Program-made: the position numbers and the translations under genes
The notes under the pieces: model-generated
Databases searched by the model: none
Told to the model about the DNA's origin: nothing
What the model saw: the letters and a program-made list of their open reading frames with translations, nothing else
DNA from: Folioceros fuciformis
Lineage: Eukaryota
DNA: 39,113 nt
Direction of reading: 5' to 3'
Assembly: GCA_049999805.1 (NCBI GenBank)
Contig: JBNGIO010006002.1
Span: 106,769-145,881 of the forward strand
Part shown: in pieces, positions 1-11,967 of the stretch
How the letters are laid out: each line of letters opens with the position of its first letter
How positions within the stretch are numbered: position 1 is the stretch's first letter

Positions 1-83
1 AACCATACCACTATTAACCCTTTTTCAACCAAAACAAACTACTACCCCAAACTTTGGAGGTTCACAAGGTGGCTAGCTCATAG

Positions 84-250
84 GCTCTAATACCAAAGAT
101 GTTATGGGGCAGCTCTGGATTCCAACTTTGGGAAAATAGACATTCTCTTCATGTTCGGATTCGCTACAAATACATGTGTGTGAGCAATGCCAAGAAGGTT
201 GTGCCTGCCCGCTTAACTACCCTACTTCTTGGGATTCTACTGGTATAAGA
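84..250 (-). mobile_element. Possible LTR-retrotransposon remnant (tRNA-iMet-type primer binding site next to an LTR end)
   Basis: Reverse complement of 84-95 reads TGGTATTAGAGC, one mismatch from the canonical PBS TGGTATCAGAGC. It lies 4 nt from a ...CA end (TG at 100-101 on +). The far boundary cannot be determined, so the end coordinate is arbitrary. Confidence 0.35.
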
Positions 251-1051
251 ATTTTTAGTTATCTGGATATCCTGTATACTAGCATTTACCTATTTAATTA
301 GTATCTGTTTAATTATTTCGTATATGGAATCTAGTGTATGTGAGCTACAAAGGAAAACTTGTGTATGTTTCAAAGAGTATGTGTGTGGCAAAGAAATCCT
401 AAAACAAAAGTTCCCATTGAAATACTTATATACTATGTCATCAAGTTCATACTTCCAAGTACCATCCAGTATATCAATATGAACTTTTGATATTCGTTTT
501 TTTATCAATTAAGAATACGATATGAGTGGAACATGAGATAAATATAATACATAGAATAAAAATACATATATAAGAATCTAAAAAATATATCCATATATTA
601 TACTTATATATATAAATATTAAATATATTCATTTTATTTAAGATTAAGGAAACTCAAAATTCTTCTAGAATAGGAGTGGATTAATACCAAAAGTGTAATG
701 GAAATGCTTAAAGTTTAGTCGGAATAAGAAATCTTATCACTTAAATTAACACAGAAAAAATTCTATATTTTTTTATATAATAATCATATATCTAAATTTA
801 TTAATTTTAATTAATATATATCTGGCTCCTAACAGCGGTGCTTACCATTTGAGCCTCCTCCAGCGCATTAATAATATATCTGGGCCCTTTTGGCTAGGAA
901 ATAGCTAGATAGGAAACATTCTAATACACACCTCTGGTTTAGTTGACTTTAGGTGACGGTTTCAGGTTATGACGTCTATATTTGTCAATAAGGAGGTTGA
1001 GACCTTGATTCTCCAATGTCTTGGAGGAATTGGCCAGCTCTGTAGCACGCG

Positions 1052-2068
1052 ATGGGGTCGCTGGAGGTTGTGTGGAGGCCTGATACTGGTCTACCAATTG
1101 CGGAGGCTTCCACGAGCGGCGGTGGACGGTGGGAGGATAGGCTGCTGCAGGGATCGGCAGGCTGGTCGAAGAAGAAGGAGCTGGAAGACTATGTAACCCT
1201 GGAACCACTGGCTCCTATCTTGAAGGATGTTCGTGTGAAGCGGAAGGAGATCAGCAGCAAGGATTGGTAGGTTTGGGAAGCTGGTTGTAACGGGATAAGG
1301 TTGAGATGAGGTTTGCCAAGCGTGTATTTTTTGACCAATTCGCGTGGTGCTCGACGCAGGGCTGATGTGCCAGCACCGATCATGACTCCCGAGCTGAAGA
1401 AGGAGATCGAGTTGGTTCGGGTGAGTGAGTAGTCTTGCGTCCCTGGTTTGTGTGCTGCAGAGCAGAGGATGGTGGATTTAGCTGAACCTGTGTGCCTCCG
1501 GCTTTGGTTTCGCAGCTGAGGAATGTGATGGATCCGAAGCGGCATTACAAAGCTCCGGACTCCAAGGCTTTTCCGCAGAAGTTTCAGGTATTGGTTCTGC
1601 TACTGGTGCAGCGTATTGTGTCTTTTTTGGAGTGAAGCTTTTTTGAGGCGGGGGTTTGTTTTGGAGTTTTGTGTTCTGATTGCGAAGTCCTGGATGTGGC
1701 AGATTGGGACAGTGATCGTAGGACCGGCTGACTTCTATTCGGCAAGGCTGACGAAACGGGAACAGAGGGCCTCTTTTGCCGATGAATTGCTTGCTGATTC
1801 TTCATTGCGATCCTTCAGGTTCGTGCGTGTATGGCCTTTTGAGCAAGCAGCAAGGCAGGCTAGGTATTGGCGGGGTTGGAATGGAGTTTATGGCTTTTTG
1901 CTGCCCGTTGTTAGTTAGCTAGCTGTGTCTTACGAGCCACGTTGTGTTTCCATTCTTTGAACCAGAAAGCGGAAGTATGAGGAGATCCAGGTCCAAAAGC
2001 AGGCTGGAAAGAAGAACTTCGTGAAGCAAAAAGCTGCTAGGCGAAAAAAGTCTTGGGCCAAGTTTTGA
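1052..2068 (+). CDS. FCF2: Fcf2 pre-rRNA processing protein (DNTTIP2/Fcf2 family), 5 exons
   Basis: Exons 1052-1266, 1360-1420, 1516-1587, 1703-1818 and 1966-2068 have GT-AG introns and splice in frame. Product: ...KDWADVPAPIMTPELKKEIELVRLRNVMDPKRHYK...FPQKFQIGTVIVGPADFYSARLTKREQRASFADELLAD...RKRKYEEIQ..., the Fcf2 signature. Confidence 0.92.
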
Positions 2069-2376
2069 GTCACGTTGCTCGCGCAAGAGTAGATCGTAGT
2101 GTCTAGAGGCGTGGGGATCAGAGATGAGATGAATACGGCTCGAAAATTAGGGTGGAGTCAGCTCAATTTGTGTAGGTCGAGAAAGTCGGAAGTAAATTGA
2201 AGTAGAGACGAAATTGAGCGTTCACGCCTGGATAGCGATCGATTAGGGTACGAAAGCGTTTTGATTTTTTGTCCAGCAACCGATGAGAAGCAAGTGTGTC
2301 TGCATGGTTTCAAAACCGTGTGCCAACGTGAGAAGCAAGCTCGTCTACATGGTTGCACTTCGTGCGCCCAGCTAGG

Positions 2377-4310
2377 ATGAAGGTGAGAGAGCTGCTTCGG
2401 GGATTGCGAAGATGGCAGGAGGGAGGGAAGGCGGGAATGTTGTTTCGCTCTGAAGACAGCAGTAGCCATGCCTTGCACTTCAAGACCGAGCGCGGGAGCA
2501 AGACTAGCGGCTACCATGGCGGATTCCTGCTCCCGGTGCGGAAATCGGCTCCGTCTTCCTTTGACAGACCGTGGAAGTCAGACCTGGGTTTTGTTGCGGT
2601 CTCGTTCGGTAGAAATGGTATCGGGGTGCTTGGAGCTGGAGCTGCGGGCAGCCGCACCATGGTGCTTCCTGGAATGCAACGCTGGATTTTTGGCAAGAGT
2701 TCGGGGGAGGCAGTTCAGAGCTTCACCCGGTGGCCCGTGGGAGGCGGCAGGGATCTGATTCGCAAGAGCTCCGCTATGCATGGATTGCAGCGGTACATGC
2801 GGAGAACGATATACGGGCAAGCTTCCACTGCCCTTACTTACCTCTAGGGTAACAGCTCTTGTGACCTGCAAGGCCAGCCGGACGCGTCTGTAGTCTTCAT
2901 TATTGAGAACGGTTTGAAAATTTGCTCCGATTCTTGTGTTTGCATCTGACGCCCTTCTTTTCTCACCATGCTGGCTCACAGAAAGAGAACTTGCTGAGGT
3001 CTAGATTTCTCTCAGTACCATCAATTGATTCAAATTGCTTTGCTCCTCGGGATTGACACGTGCAGAGGCGGGTCTGGTGAGCAAGCTGTATGGGGCTTGA
3101 TTGGTGCGAACGCGCTTGTATTCTTCCTGTGGCAGATGGGAAATAAACAATTTATGCTCAGGCATTTTCAGGTACTAAACTGTTGAAGGCGTTCTGTCGG
3201 ATCCCTGGATGATAAGGTGAAACTCAGTGACGCGCATCTAAGTCGATCGCGTGTTTGCAGGTCTCTTATGATGCATTGATGAGTGGTCACATCCACACAC
3301 TTGTAACCTGTGCTTTCAGCCAATCTTCCTTTTATCATCTCTTCGCCAACATGATTGGTCTCTACTTTTTTGGCACTGAGGTTGGATGTTTGATTCGTTG
3401 CTCTCTGAGCTACTGATGAAGTCAAGATAGTGATGCAGTCTTCTCACTGTTTCATCTGTTAACGTTCTGCTGAAGATCGCATATCTCTTCGGATCGAAGT
3501 ATCTGGTGGGACTGTATCTTGCGGGTGGCATAGGAGGTTCTTTAGGGCACTTGCTTTATTGGACTTACTACGTACCATGGGCTAAGGTACGAAGCAAAAT
3601 TCTTAATAGCGTTCCTATAGCACGCAAGGTATGTTGTGCGTGGTGTGGCTTTGGTACTTGTAGGTGAGCTTGTAACATCTTGTTGCGCCCGAACAGAGCA
3701 TTCCAAGGGCGTTCTACAATCCCAGCTATACCCCTGGTGCCATGGTAAGCTCAGGAGGTTTCCAATGTGCTCCCTTATGGAGGAGAGGTCACTTCTATGT
3801 CGACAAAGTCAAATGCTGGAGATACTTAGTTATCATGCAGAAAACATGAGTTGTGGTTTACAATGTCAGCGGTGAGTGTTGACAGGGCGCTAGTGGAGCT
3901 GTCAATGCCATTATCATCTTCAACGTCCTTCTGAATCCCACTAGGATCATCTACGTCAACTTCATCATTCCTGTCCCTGCCGCTTTCCTTGTGAGTTATC
4001 CGTGTGCGTTGTGCGCGTCTTACCAGACTGTTGTGGGTAGCTTTCCAAGCTTTCCTCTGGTGTGTAGGATACGTAGGTGCTGACACGGCGTTCGGCTTGC
4101 AGGGTATTTTTCTTATCGGGTCCGATTTATGTTCTGCAAGGAATGTGAGTCGAGACGATTCTGGTTCCCCGCTTCTTCTTCTTGGTTTCTCGAGCCTCAT
4201 TATCTAGCTGAACATGCTGTGGCGTGGTGAAACAGGAGTCTTCGGAGGCGAGTCATGCTGGCCACATTGGAGGTGCACTCGTTGGTGCTATGGCGTACTT
4301 ACTGATGTAG
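2377..4310 (+). CDS. Rhomboid intramembrane serine protease, PARL/RBL12-like (probably organellar), at least 8 exons
   Basis: Exons 2377-2792, 3066-3171, 3261-3380, 3476-3586, 3697-3744, 3886-3990, 4103-4144 and 4236-4310 splice in frame. Motifs: LIGANALVFFLWQ, HLFANMIGLYFFG, catalytic GASGA, and SHAGHIGGA with the catalytic His. The N-terminus is Arg/Ser/Gly-rich and presequence-like. Confidence 0.9.
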
Positions 4311-4720
4311 GGCAACATAAACATCCAGGCGCCAGAAAATATCGCGTTAGCTAGATGACTGGTCCTTGGATTTTCAGTGCTGGGATGAGCTTTGCCACTG
4401 CAGAACGTAGTAGCGGACAAGGTGAACCCAGGAGGATCTGTCTGTGGGAAGTCACCTGGATTATGTGAGCTGTTGGTAGTACGACCTGCCATGCTCGCTC
4501 GCATTGCCCGACAATCGGGACTTTTTGATACAAGGCAACGCTTCGTGTTCTTACTCCGTGTTCTGCATGCCTTTACTCCTCTTCTGGTGCCACGTTGTAC
4601 GAGCATATATGTTTCATGTAGCTTTCAGACTGTGTTTTACCGCCCTGATCATTGGGCTTATAGATGGCCATACGTTTTTTCCGGTCTCATAGATTGGCTT
4701 CGTTTTAACGTATTTGTTTT

Positions 4721-4735
4721 AACCCTAAACCCTAA
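4721..4735 (+). promoter_or_regulatory. Telo-box-like interstitial telomere motif (AACCCTAAACCCTAA) upstream of the PPR pseudogene
   Basis: Two adjacent plant telomere-type units about 300 bp upstream of the PPR coding remnant. Function is not shown by the sequence. Confidence 0.35.
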
Positions 4736-5034
4736 TTGTAGCAAGGACATGTCGCACAGCGGCTGCACTACGGCGACCTCTTCACCGGCGTTCAGCTCAT
4801 ATTCACTGATGGGTTAAGTCGAATAGGTAGTCAGTCGTCTTTTGTCGTTCCGAGCGGAGATGATTTTCTTACTCTCATCCTGGATTCGGACGAGGCATGG
4901 CTTCGTAGAGCGTGCTGACGCGAATTCTAGGAAGAGCCCCTGCCGACATGACCTTCCGAAACAAAGCGTTGGCAAACAACAAGCTTGTGAGATGCGTCAC
5001 TTCCTGAAGAAATCGAGGCCCTCCAACAGAAGGT

Positions 5035-8000
5035 TTGGCAGGGGAGGGATGTCCAGGCGAGGGTCCGGGTCTGCAGCTGTTGCGGGAGCTCTGGGAGGGC
5101 GTCTGCCAGAAAAACGGCTACGAGCCAGCTCTGGCGGATAATTCTTCCCTTCGCAGGCCTACAGGACTCGAAATTGGGGTAACGGCTGAAATTGTGAGCA
5201 ACCTATGTGTTGAGGGATGTGTCAAGGAGGCTGCGGAGGCTTTGGGAGTTTTGGTGCAGACAGGGTTTTCTATCTCCAAGTCTCTTCTTTGTACAGTCCT
5301 GGAGAACTGTGTGACCCGAAAGGATCTTGTTTCAGGGCGCAGAGTGCATGCTTTGACAGTGAAAAAGGGGTGCCAGCGGGACACCTTCCTGGGCACTCAC
5401 CTCCTGCGAATGTACGCTTGTCATGGCAGGTTGCAAGACGCCATGGATGTGTTTGCCGAGTTTCCCTACCCAGATGCCTTCATGTGGTCTGCCAATACCT
5501 TCTCATGTTAAACACGGTCAAGACAAGCAGGCCATACAACTGTGTCATCGGATGCGGAAGACTGGTGTGAAGCCGGATGGCCATGTTTTTGCGGCAGCTT
5601 TTCAGGCTTGCTCCAAGGCCTCCGACTCGAAAGCTGGGCAGCAGGTGCATGCTGACTTGTTGGCCAGTGGTGTTGAGCCTCATTTGTTTGTTTGCACTTG
5701 CTTGGTGGACATGAACTCAAAGTGTGGCAGCTTGGAAGATGCTGAGAGAGTGTTTGACAAACTTTGTAGAAAAGATGCGGTGACGTGGACTGCTCTGATT
5801 GCAGGATATTCCCAGCAAGGGAGGGGCCAGGAAGCCCTTCGGGTTTACAGTGCCATGCAAGAAGAAGGCCTGGCTGTTCCAAATTCCGTAACATTTGTGT
5901 GCCACCTGCAGGCATGTGCAAGTGTGGGACCCCGGCCTTGGAGGTCGGGAAGAAGCTTCATGCACAAATCAAAGAGCATGGACATCAGGCTGATGTGTTC
6001 GTAGCCAACAGTTTGGTGAACATGTATGCAAAGTGTGGCAGTCTAGATGATGCTTTTAGTGCGTTTGATGGACTTGATCACAAAGATGTGGTGACGTGGA
6101 ATTCCATGATAGCTGGGTGTTGCCATCAGGGAAACGGACAGAAAGCCATTCTGCTCTACGATGCAATGAAAGAAGAAGGCGAGGCCATTCCAGATGCGGT
6201 AACATATTCGTGCCTGCTGCAGGCATGTGCACTTGTGGGTATCCCCGCTTTGGAGAAGGGGAGCAGCTTCATGAGGAAATTAGACAAAGAGGGCACCGAA
6301 CTGATGTGTATGTGGCCAGCAGTTTGGTTAACATGTATGCGAAGTGTGGCAACCTAGAGGAGGCACAGAGAGTGTTTGACGGATTTGTTAAAAAAGAGGT
6401 GGTGACATGGACTGCTCTAATTGCAGGATATTGTCAACAGGGCTTGGGGGAGCAAGCACTTGGTCTCTATGATGTTATGCAGGAAGAAGGTGTTGCTGTA
6501 CCGGATTCTGTGACACTTTCTTGCCTGCTGCAGGGCTGTGCAAGTGTGGGCCCGTCAGCTCTTGAGAAGGGGAAGGATCTCCACGCGCAATTCGGAGGAC
6601 AACATACTGATGTGTTTGTGTGGAACAATTTAGTCAAACATGTATGCAAAGTGTGGCAGTTTGGAGGATGCCCAAAGAGTGTTTGATGGACGTGCAGAAA
6701 AGGATGTGGTGACGTGGAATGCTATTATAGCAGGGTATTCCCAGCAAGGCATGGGCCAGCAGGCCATTCGTGTTTGTAGTGCTATGCAAGAAGAATGTAT
6801 CACTGTACCAAATGCCGTGACATTTGCATGCCTCCTGCAGGCATGTGCAAGTGTAGGTGCATCAGCTTTGGAGAAAGGGAGGCAGCTTAACATGCAGATT
6901 GTAGAACATGGGCTTCGAGGTGATGTACTTTTAGCGAACAGTTTGGTGAACATGTATGCAAAGTGCGGCAGCTTGGAAGATGCTGACAGGGTGTTTGCAG
7001 AACTCGGTCAAAAGGATGTGGTGACGTGGACTGCTCTAGTTGCGGGTTATGCCCAACAGGGCTTGGGTGAGGAAGCCCTTCATGTCTACAGCGCTATGCA
7101 GAGGGAAGGTTTGTCCGTACCCAATTCTGTGACATGTGTGCCTCCTCCATGCATGTGCAAATGTGGGGATCCCTGCCCTGGAGACAGGGAAACAGCTCCG
7201 TTCTCACATTGGAGAAGAAGGACATCAAGCGGATGTGCTCATAGCCAACAGCTTGGTGAACATGTGTGCAAAGTGTGGTAGCCTACAGGATGCTAAGAGA
7301 GTCTTTGAGGGACTTGGTTAGAAAGATGTGGTTACATGGAATGCCATGATAGCAGGGTGTTCCCAACAGGGGATCGGGCAGGAAGCTCTTCGTTTGTACA
7401 CTCGGATGCAAGAGGAAGGCATGGCTGACCCTAATTCTGTGACCTTTGTTTGCCTCCTGCAGGCATGTGCAGGTGTTGGGATCCCAGCTTTGGAGAAAGG
7501 GAAGCAGCTTCATGAGCAAATCAAAGAACAAGGACTTGAAGCTGATGTCTTTTGTGGCCAACAGTCTGGTAAGCATGTATGCAAAGTGTGGGAACCTTGA
7601 GGCTGCAAGGATGGTGTTTGATACGCTTGATCCAAAAGATGTGGTGACGTGGAATGCAATGATAGTAGCATATTCCCAGCAGGGCATGGGGCAGGAAGCT
7701 TTTGACCTTTACAGCAATATGCAGGGAGTAGACATCACTGCACCCGATTCTGTGACGTTTGTGTGCGTCCTGCAGGCTTGTGCAAGTATGGGGAGCCCAG
7801 CTTTGGAGAATGGAAGGCGGCGTCATGCACAAATTGGAGAGTTCGGAACTGAAACTGATGTGTTTGTAGCTAATAGTCTGGTAAACATGTTCGCAAAATG
7901 TAGCAGCTTAGGGGATGCTCAGAGAGTGTTTGAAGTGCTTGGCCAGAAAGATGCGGTGACTTGGAATGTGATGATAGCAGGTTATTCTGAGCAGGGCATG

Positions 8001-8857
8001 GGCCAGGAGGCCCTGCATCTCTACTGTGGAATGCAAAAATAGGGCGTTATTGTGCCTGATGTGGTGACATTTGTTTGCCTCCTGCAGTCATGTGTAGATG
8101 TGGCAGCTCTGCATCTGGGAAGGGATGTACATGCACAAATTGAAGAACAAGGGCTTCAAGCTGATATGTTTGTGGCAAGCTGTTTGATAAACATGTATGG
8201 AAAGTCTGCGAGCATGGTCGACGTGCAGCAGGTGTTTGATGAGTTGTCCCAAAGGGATGTTGTTGCTTGGAATGCGCTGACAGCAGGCTACACCTGTCAA
8301 GGAGACAGTGAAGGGGTCTTTGACTTGGTGCAGAGAATGAGAGAGAGGATGGCATACAGCCAGTTGGCGTCACCTTCCTTAGTGTACTGACAGTATGCAG
8401 TCATGCGGGCATGGTAACCGAAGGACGGGAATACTTTGAGGCTATGAGCAAGTACTATGAGATCGCCCCTGCCAAGGAGCACTACACGTGCATGGTGGAT
8501 CTTCTGGGCCGAGCAGGCCAACTGGACGAGGCACTAGATCTTATCAGGAGCATGCCTTTGCTGCCCAATGTTCCAGTTCGGCATTCTCTTTTGGGTGCCT
8601 GTCGAAAGTGGAGCAACGTGGAGATGGGTTGTCATGCTTTCAACGAAGCAATAAAGTTGGACCAAAAAGATGCAGCGGCGTATGTGTTAATGTCAAACAT
8701 GTACACCGGTACCCAGATGTGGGAGCAGGCGCAGAAGATGCGTGACAGGAGAGTGAGGTGCAGGGCACGTAAGCAACCAGGTCAGAGCTGGTGGACAGGT
8801 GTGGACGGGCAGGTGCACAGCTTTTTGGTCGGAAATGAGACGCAGCCCAAGAGGTGA
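5035..8857 (+). pseudogene. PLS-class PPR RNA-editing factor pseudogene (P-L-S triplets, E1/E2, WW-type PG box, DYW truncated)
   Basis: PLS repeats (VVTWNAMIAGY / SVTFVCLLQACA / VANSLVNMYAKCGSLEDA) are scattered over many reading frames. In-frame stops occur at 7319-7321 and 8040-8042. It ends KQPGQSWWTGVDGQVHSFLVG...*. It is collinear with the intact paralog at 32817-37217. Confidence 0.9.
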
Positions 8858-9059
8858 CAAAGGAAGAGACAGGTAAATATTGTATGATGTGATGTGGGGT
8901 TTATGTTGATTGTCAAAAGGCCACGAAGGGATGCAAATAGGGTGTCCAGGGAAAGAAAACGTCCGCGTGATGGGTCCGCATTACAGCACTTGAAGTAGCG
9001 ATCATGGCCGTGTATCAAGTAATTCCTCCTTCGGACAGCAGAGGCCAGGCGAGAGAGCA

Positions 9060-9150
9060 CTTTCAAGCTGGTGGGCCCCTGTCTTGTTCCCAAGCGGAGC
9101 AAATTCAGATTTCCGCCTGAGAACAAGACAGGGCCCTGCCAACTTGGAAG
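9060..9150. other. Imperfect inverted repeat (about 39-bp arms, 13-nt loop) downstream of the PPR pseudogene
   Basis: 9060-9098 CTTTCAAGCTGGTGGGCCCCTGTCTTGTTCCCAAGCGGA pairs with 9112-9150 TCCGCCTGAGAACAAGACAGGGCCCTGCCAACTTGGAAG. Confidence 0.8.
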
Positions 9151-10344
9151 GACGTTACAGGGATCAGGGTGGAAAGTTTCAACAGTTCTTACAGGCCCAG
9201 GGCAGTGTGATATCTGCCGAGTATCCCACCTCCCGTGACCTGTACGTGAATGCTTGCCGCACCTGATTGATTTCAGTCCCAGGTCCAAGCCACAAAACCC
9301 TACCTGGGGGTCAATCGTGATCCGATGGAAAGAACGGGATGCTAGAGGTGTTATTATACAGATTCAGACTGGCTCTACAACGAGCGAACCGACGGCAACA
9401 CTGAGTGGATTGACGAGGGGAAAATGGACTGTACGTGTAAGCCCTGGAAGGGCTGTACCCAAGAGGCCTCGAAAATTGGGAGCTACTAGGCTGTTTGGCA
9501 CTCCAAGATGGGAGGGTCAGCGGGGATCAGCGGCCAAGACAGCCCGGAATATGGCCCCCCTGCCAATGTCTCACGTCTAAATATTCAGCTGGGAACTCAG
9601 ATACGGAAAGCAATCTTGGCTCTCCACAGGTTGATCTACTGAGCAGTGCTACCTTCCAAGTTTCAGTTGGCTATAGTTTTCCATTTTGAAAATGAAAGAT
9701 CGTCATGATGATCACCTAAGAGTGTGCAGTCCGTATGTACCTGCTCCAGGTATGTCTTTCATAATCTTATTGCTTGTTGATTAATTGGCTTTAAGGGACG
9801 GCAGTTTTCTGGATACGCTGAACGCGAGCAACATCGAAGGAACTGCAGCTCCAGTCGTAGCGAACAAAGAAGAGAAGCAGTGGTTGCCCGATCTTAAAGG
9901 GGTCGCAAAAATCGCAAATGCTTGGTGGTTCACCGCGTCGTTGACTGCCGGTGACTGGATCGTCAAATCTGCGATGGCGTAGGCAACAGTACAAGTGTGG
10001 AGGTGTAGACCGTTACTGTAGCTTGGAAACGCTTTCCTCTGGAAACGAGTGGAAACAGGATCAGGATCAGGATCACAGCCTCCCATTGGTGTGCCACCAT
10101 CAATGGGGAACAGTCCATTGTTTTATTCCTTGTAACGCACTCAAGCCAAAGCGAATTCGGTGGGGCAACTAGACTACGTGTCCCAGGGAGGTGACAATGA
10201 AGGGGGGCCAGTCCTTGCAGTCACCGCTCTGCTTTGTACCTCGTCCTTTGCATCTTGCACAAGCAACTGGACGGTGCAGATCTGCGTGGCCCATCAGCTG
10301 GGGAGAGGAATTTGCCCAGCGTCAGGCTTTCTCAGTCTCAGGCG

Positions 10345-10997
10345 ATGGGCAACCTCCTGGCTCGGCTCTTGGAGAGCATTCCCTGGGGCCACCGTGACAT
10401 GCGAATTCTCATGGTGGGACTGGACGGTGCCGGTAAGAACTGGCCGGCCCAGCCTGCTGCATTTGCTGCAATGTAACGTTCTTGGTACTGTCACTACCGC
10501 ACGCATTCGAGCGTGGTGTGTATGATACCGCCTCGTGTTGCAGGAAAGACGACATTGCTGTACAAGCTGAAATTGGGGGACACGGTGAGCACCGTGCCCA
10601 CCATCGGCTTCAATGTGGAGACACTGCAGTACAGGAACGTGAGCTTCACGGTGTGGGGCATCGGGGGACAGGAGAAGCTCCGCAAGCTGTGGCGATTCTA
10701 CTTCGAGAACTCTGAGGGCCTTATTTTCGTAGTGGACAGCAACGATACGGAGCGAATTCTGGAAGCTCGGGACGAGCTTCACAGCCTCATGAATGACCCG
10801 GAGCTCCAGAATGTGAAGCTCCTGGTGTTGGCCAACAAATGCGACCTGCCCAACGCCATGAGCGCAAGCCAAATAGCTGAGAAATTGGTGCTCTCTTCTT
10901 TTCGCCACCGAGTCTGGTTTCTCCAAAGCTGCTGCGCTGGTCGGGAGAGGGCCTGTACGAGGGCCTAGATTGGCTTGCATCTACTCTACGCAACTAG
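10345..10997 (+). pseudogene. ADP-ribosylation factor (ARF)-family small GTPase with a G3 substitution and a late frameshift
   Basis: Exon 1 is 10345-10432 (MGNLLARLL...GLDGA) and exon 2 starts at 10544 ([25 protein letters not shown]). G3 reads WGIGGQ instead of WDVGGQ. After QSCCA (~10938) one base is missing, and the canonical tail [18 protein letters not shown] lies in another frame (stop 10995-10997). Confidence 0.8.
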
Positions 10998-11967
10998 TGT
11001 GTATCAGCTTTAAATTTTGCGCTTCATTCCCAACGTTCGTCGCACTGACAATATCCCTCGGCTGGAGTAAGCACATCTACCTCCACTACACACTACGGGT
11101 TACGCAATGCCCGGCTGTCAGCGTTCGAAATTCCAATTTGAGAAGTGGGGACGATCTCCAGTCACTACCGTCTCGGATTCTCCGAATTGTAGTAGGTAGG
11201 CAACAGGACTTGTATTATACGTTTGATCTGTTCCTTGAAATGAATTGATGAACATGTTAAAGAAATTCACTTGCCCTTAGCTTCTCAACAGCCATGGTAG
11301 GCAGTCAATCACCTCCACCGCTAAATTCAGGTACTACGATCTTGTGACAAGGTTGGCAGTCACAAGTACCTGAATACAGTGTTCTCGGAGTAAAAGATGC
11401 CTGTAGCCGCAGGGCTTTTGGCTTCGTTATCCATGAGATTGCCCCTCTTGGGGCCGTTCACGGAAATACAAGCTTCTTGTTCCCACGGAGGCAAGGGGTC
11501 CATCATATCCCAACATGAAGTTACAAAAAACACTCAAGGGCTAGATGGTGTGTCCGTGCCTCCCGATGCATCCTGAGTTGCTTCAACTTGAGGTGTACGG
11601 CGTCAAGCCTACATGCCCTCGTAGCTAACATAAGCCCTGCAAGCTAAACCGTAAACATGTAAGACTTAGAAGGATGCAAGATGTCTACATCTGACAAACT
11701 GTAAAGACCCACCGCGAATAGAAGCATACCTACACTACCTCACGAGTGTTCAGGTGACGACGGATTTGGGAAAACTCTCTGTTGATGTAGAGCTGCATGC
11801 AAAAATCAGCAAGACCAGTAAGATATGCAACATCTTTTTACAAAGTCACAAGACCTCGCGCGTTTATAACTGCCGTCATCTCAACTAGCGTGCTCTGTGG
11901 ACATACCTGCGAGAATAAGGAATTCGCCGACAGTAAATCTTCTAGAAATGACTCAGTACACTCTGTG

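Noticed and set aside
290-508. 72-aa minus-strand ORF
   Set aside because: AT-rich intergenic or LTR-like sequence with no recognisable motif.
5035-8857. Programmed frameshifting or RNA-editing rescue of the broken PPR gene
   Set aside because: There are too many independent indels plus stops. Organellar-type editing does not repair indels in nuclear mRNAs, so pseudogenisation is simpler.
9254-10330. Short ORFs between the PPR pseudogene and ARF
   Set aside because: No recognisable motifs or consistent splice structure, so I cannot support a gene call.
10294-10980. 228-aa minus-strand ORF
   Set aside because: Antisense shadow of the ARF coding sequence.
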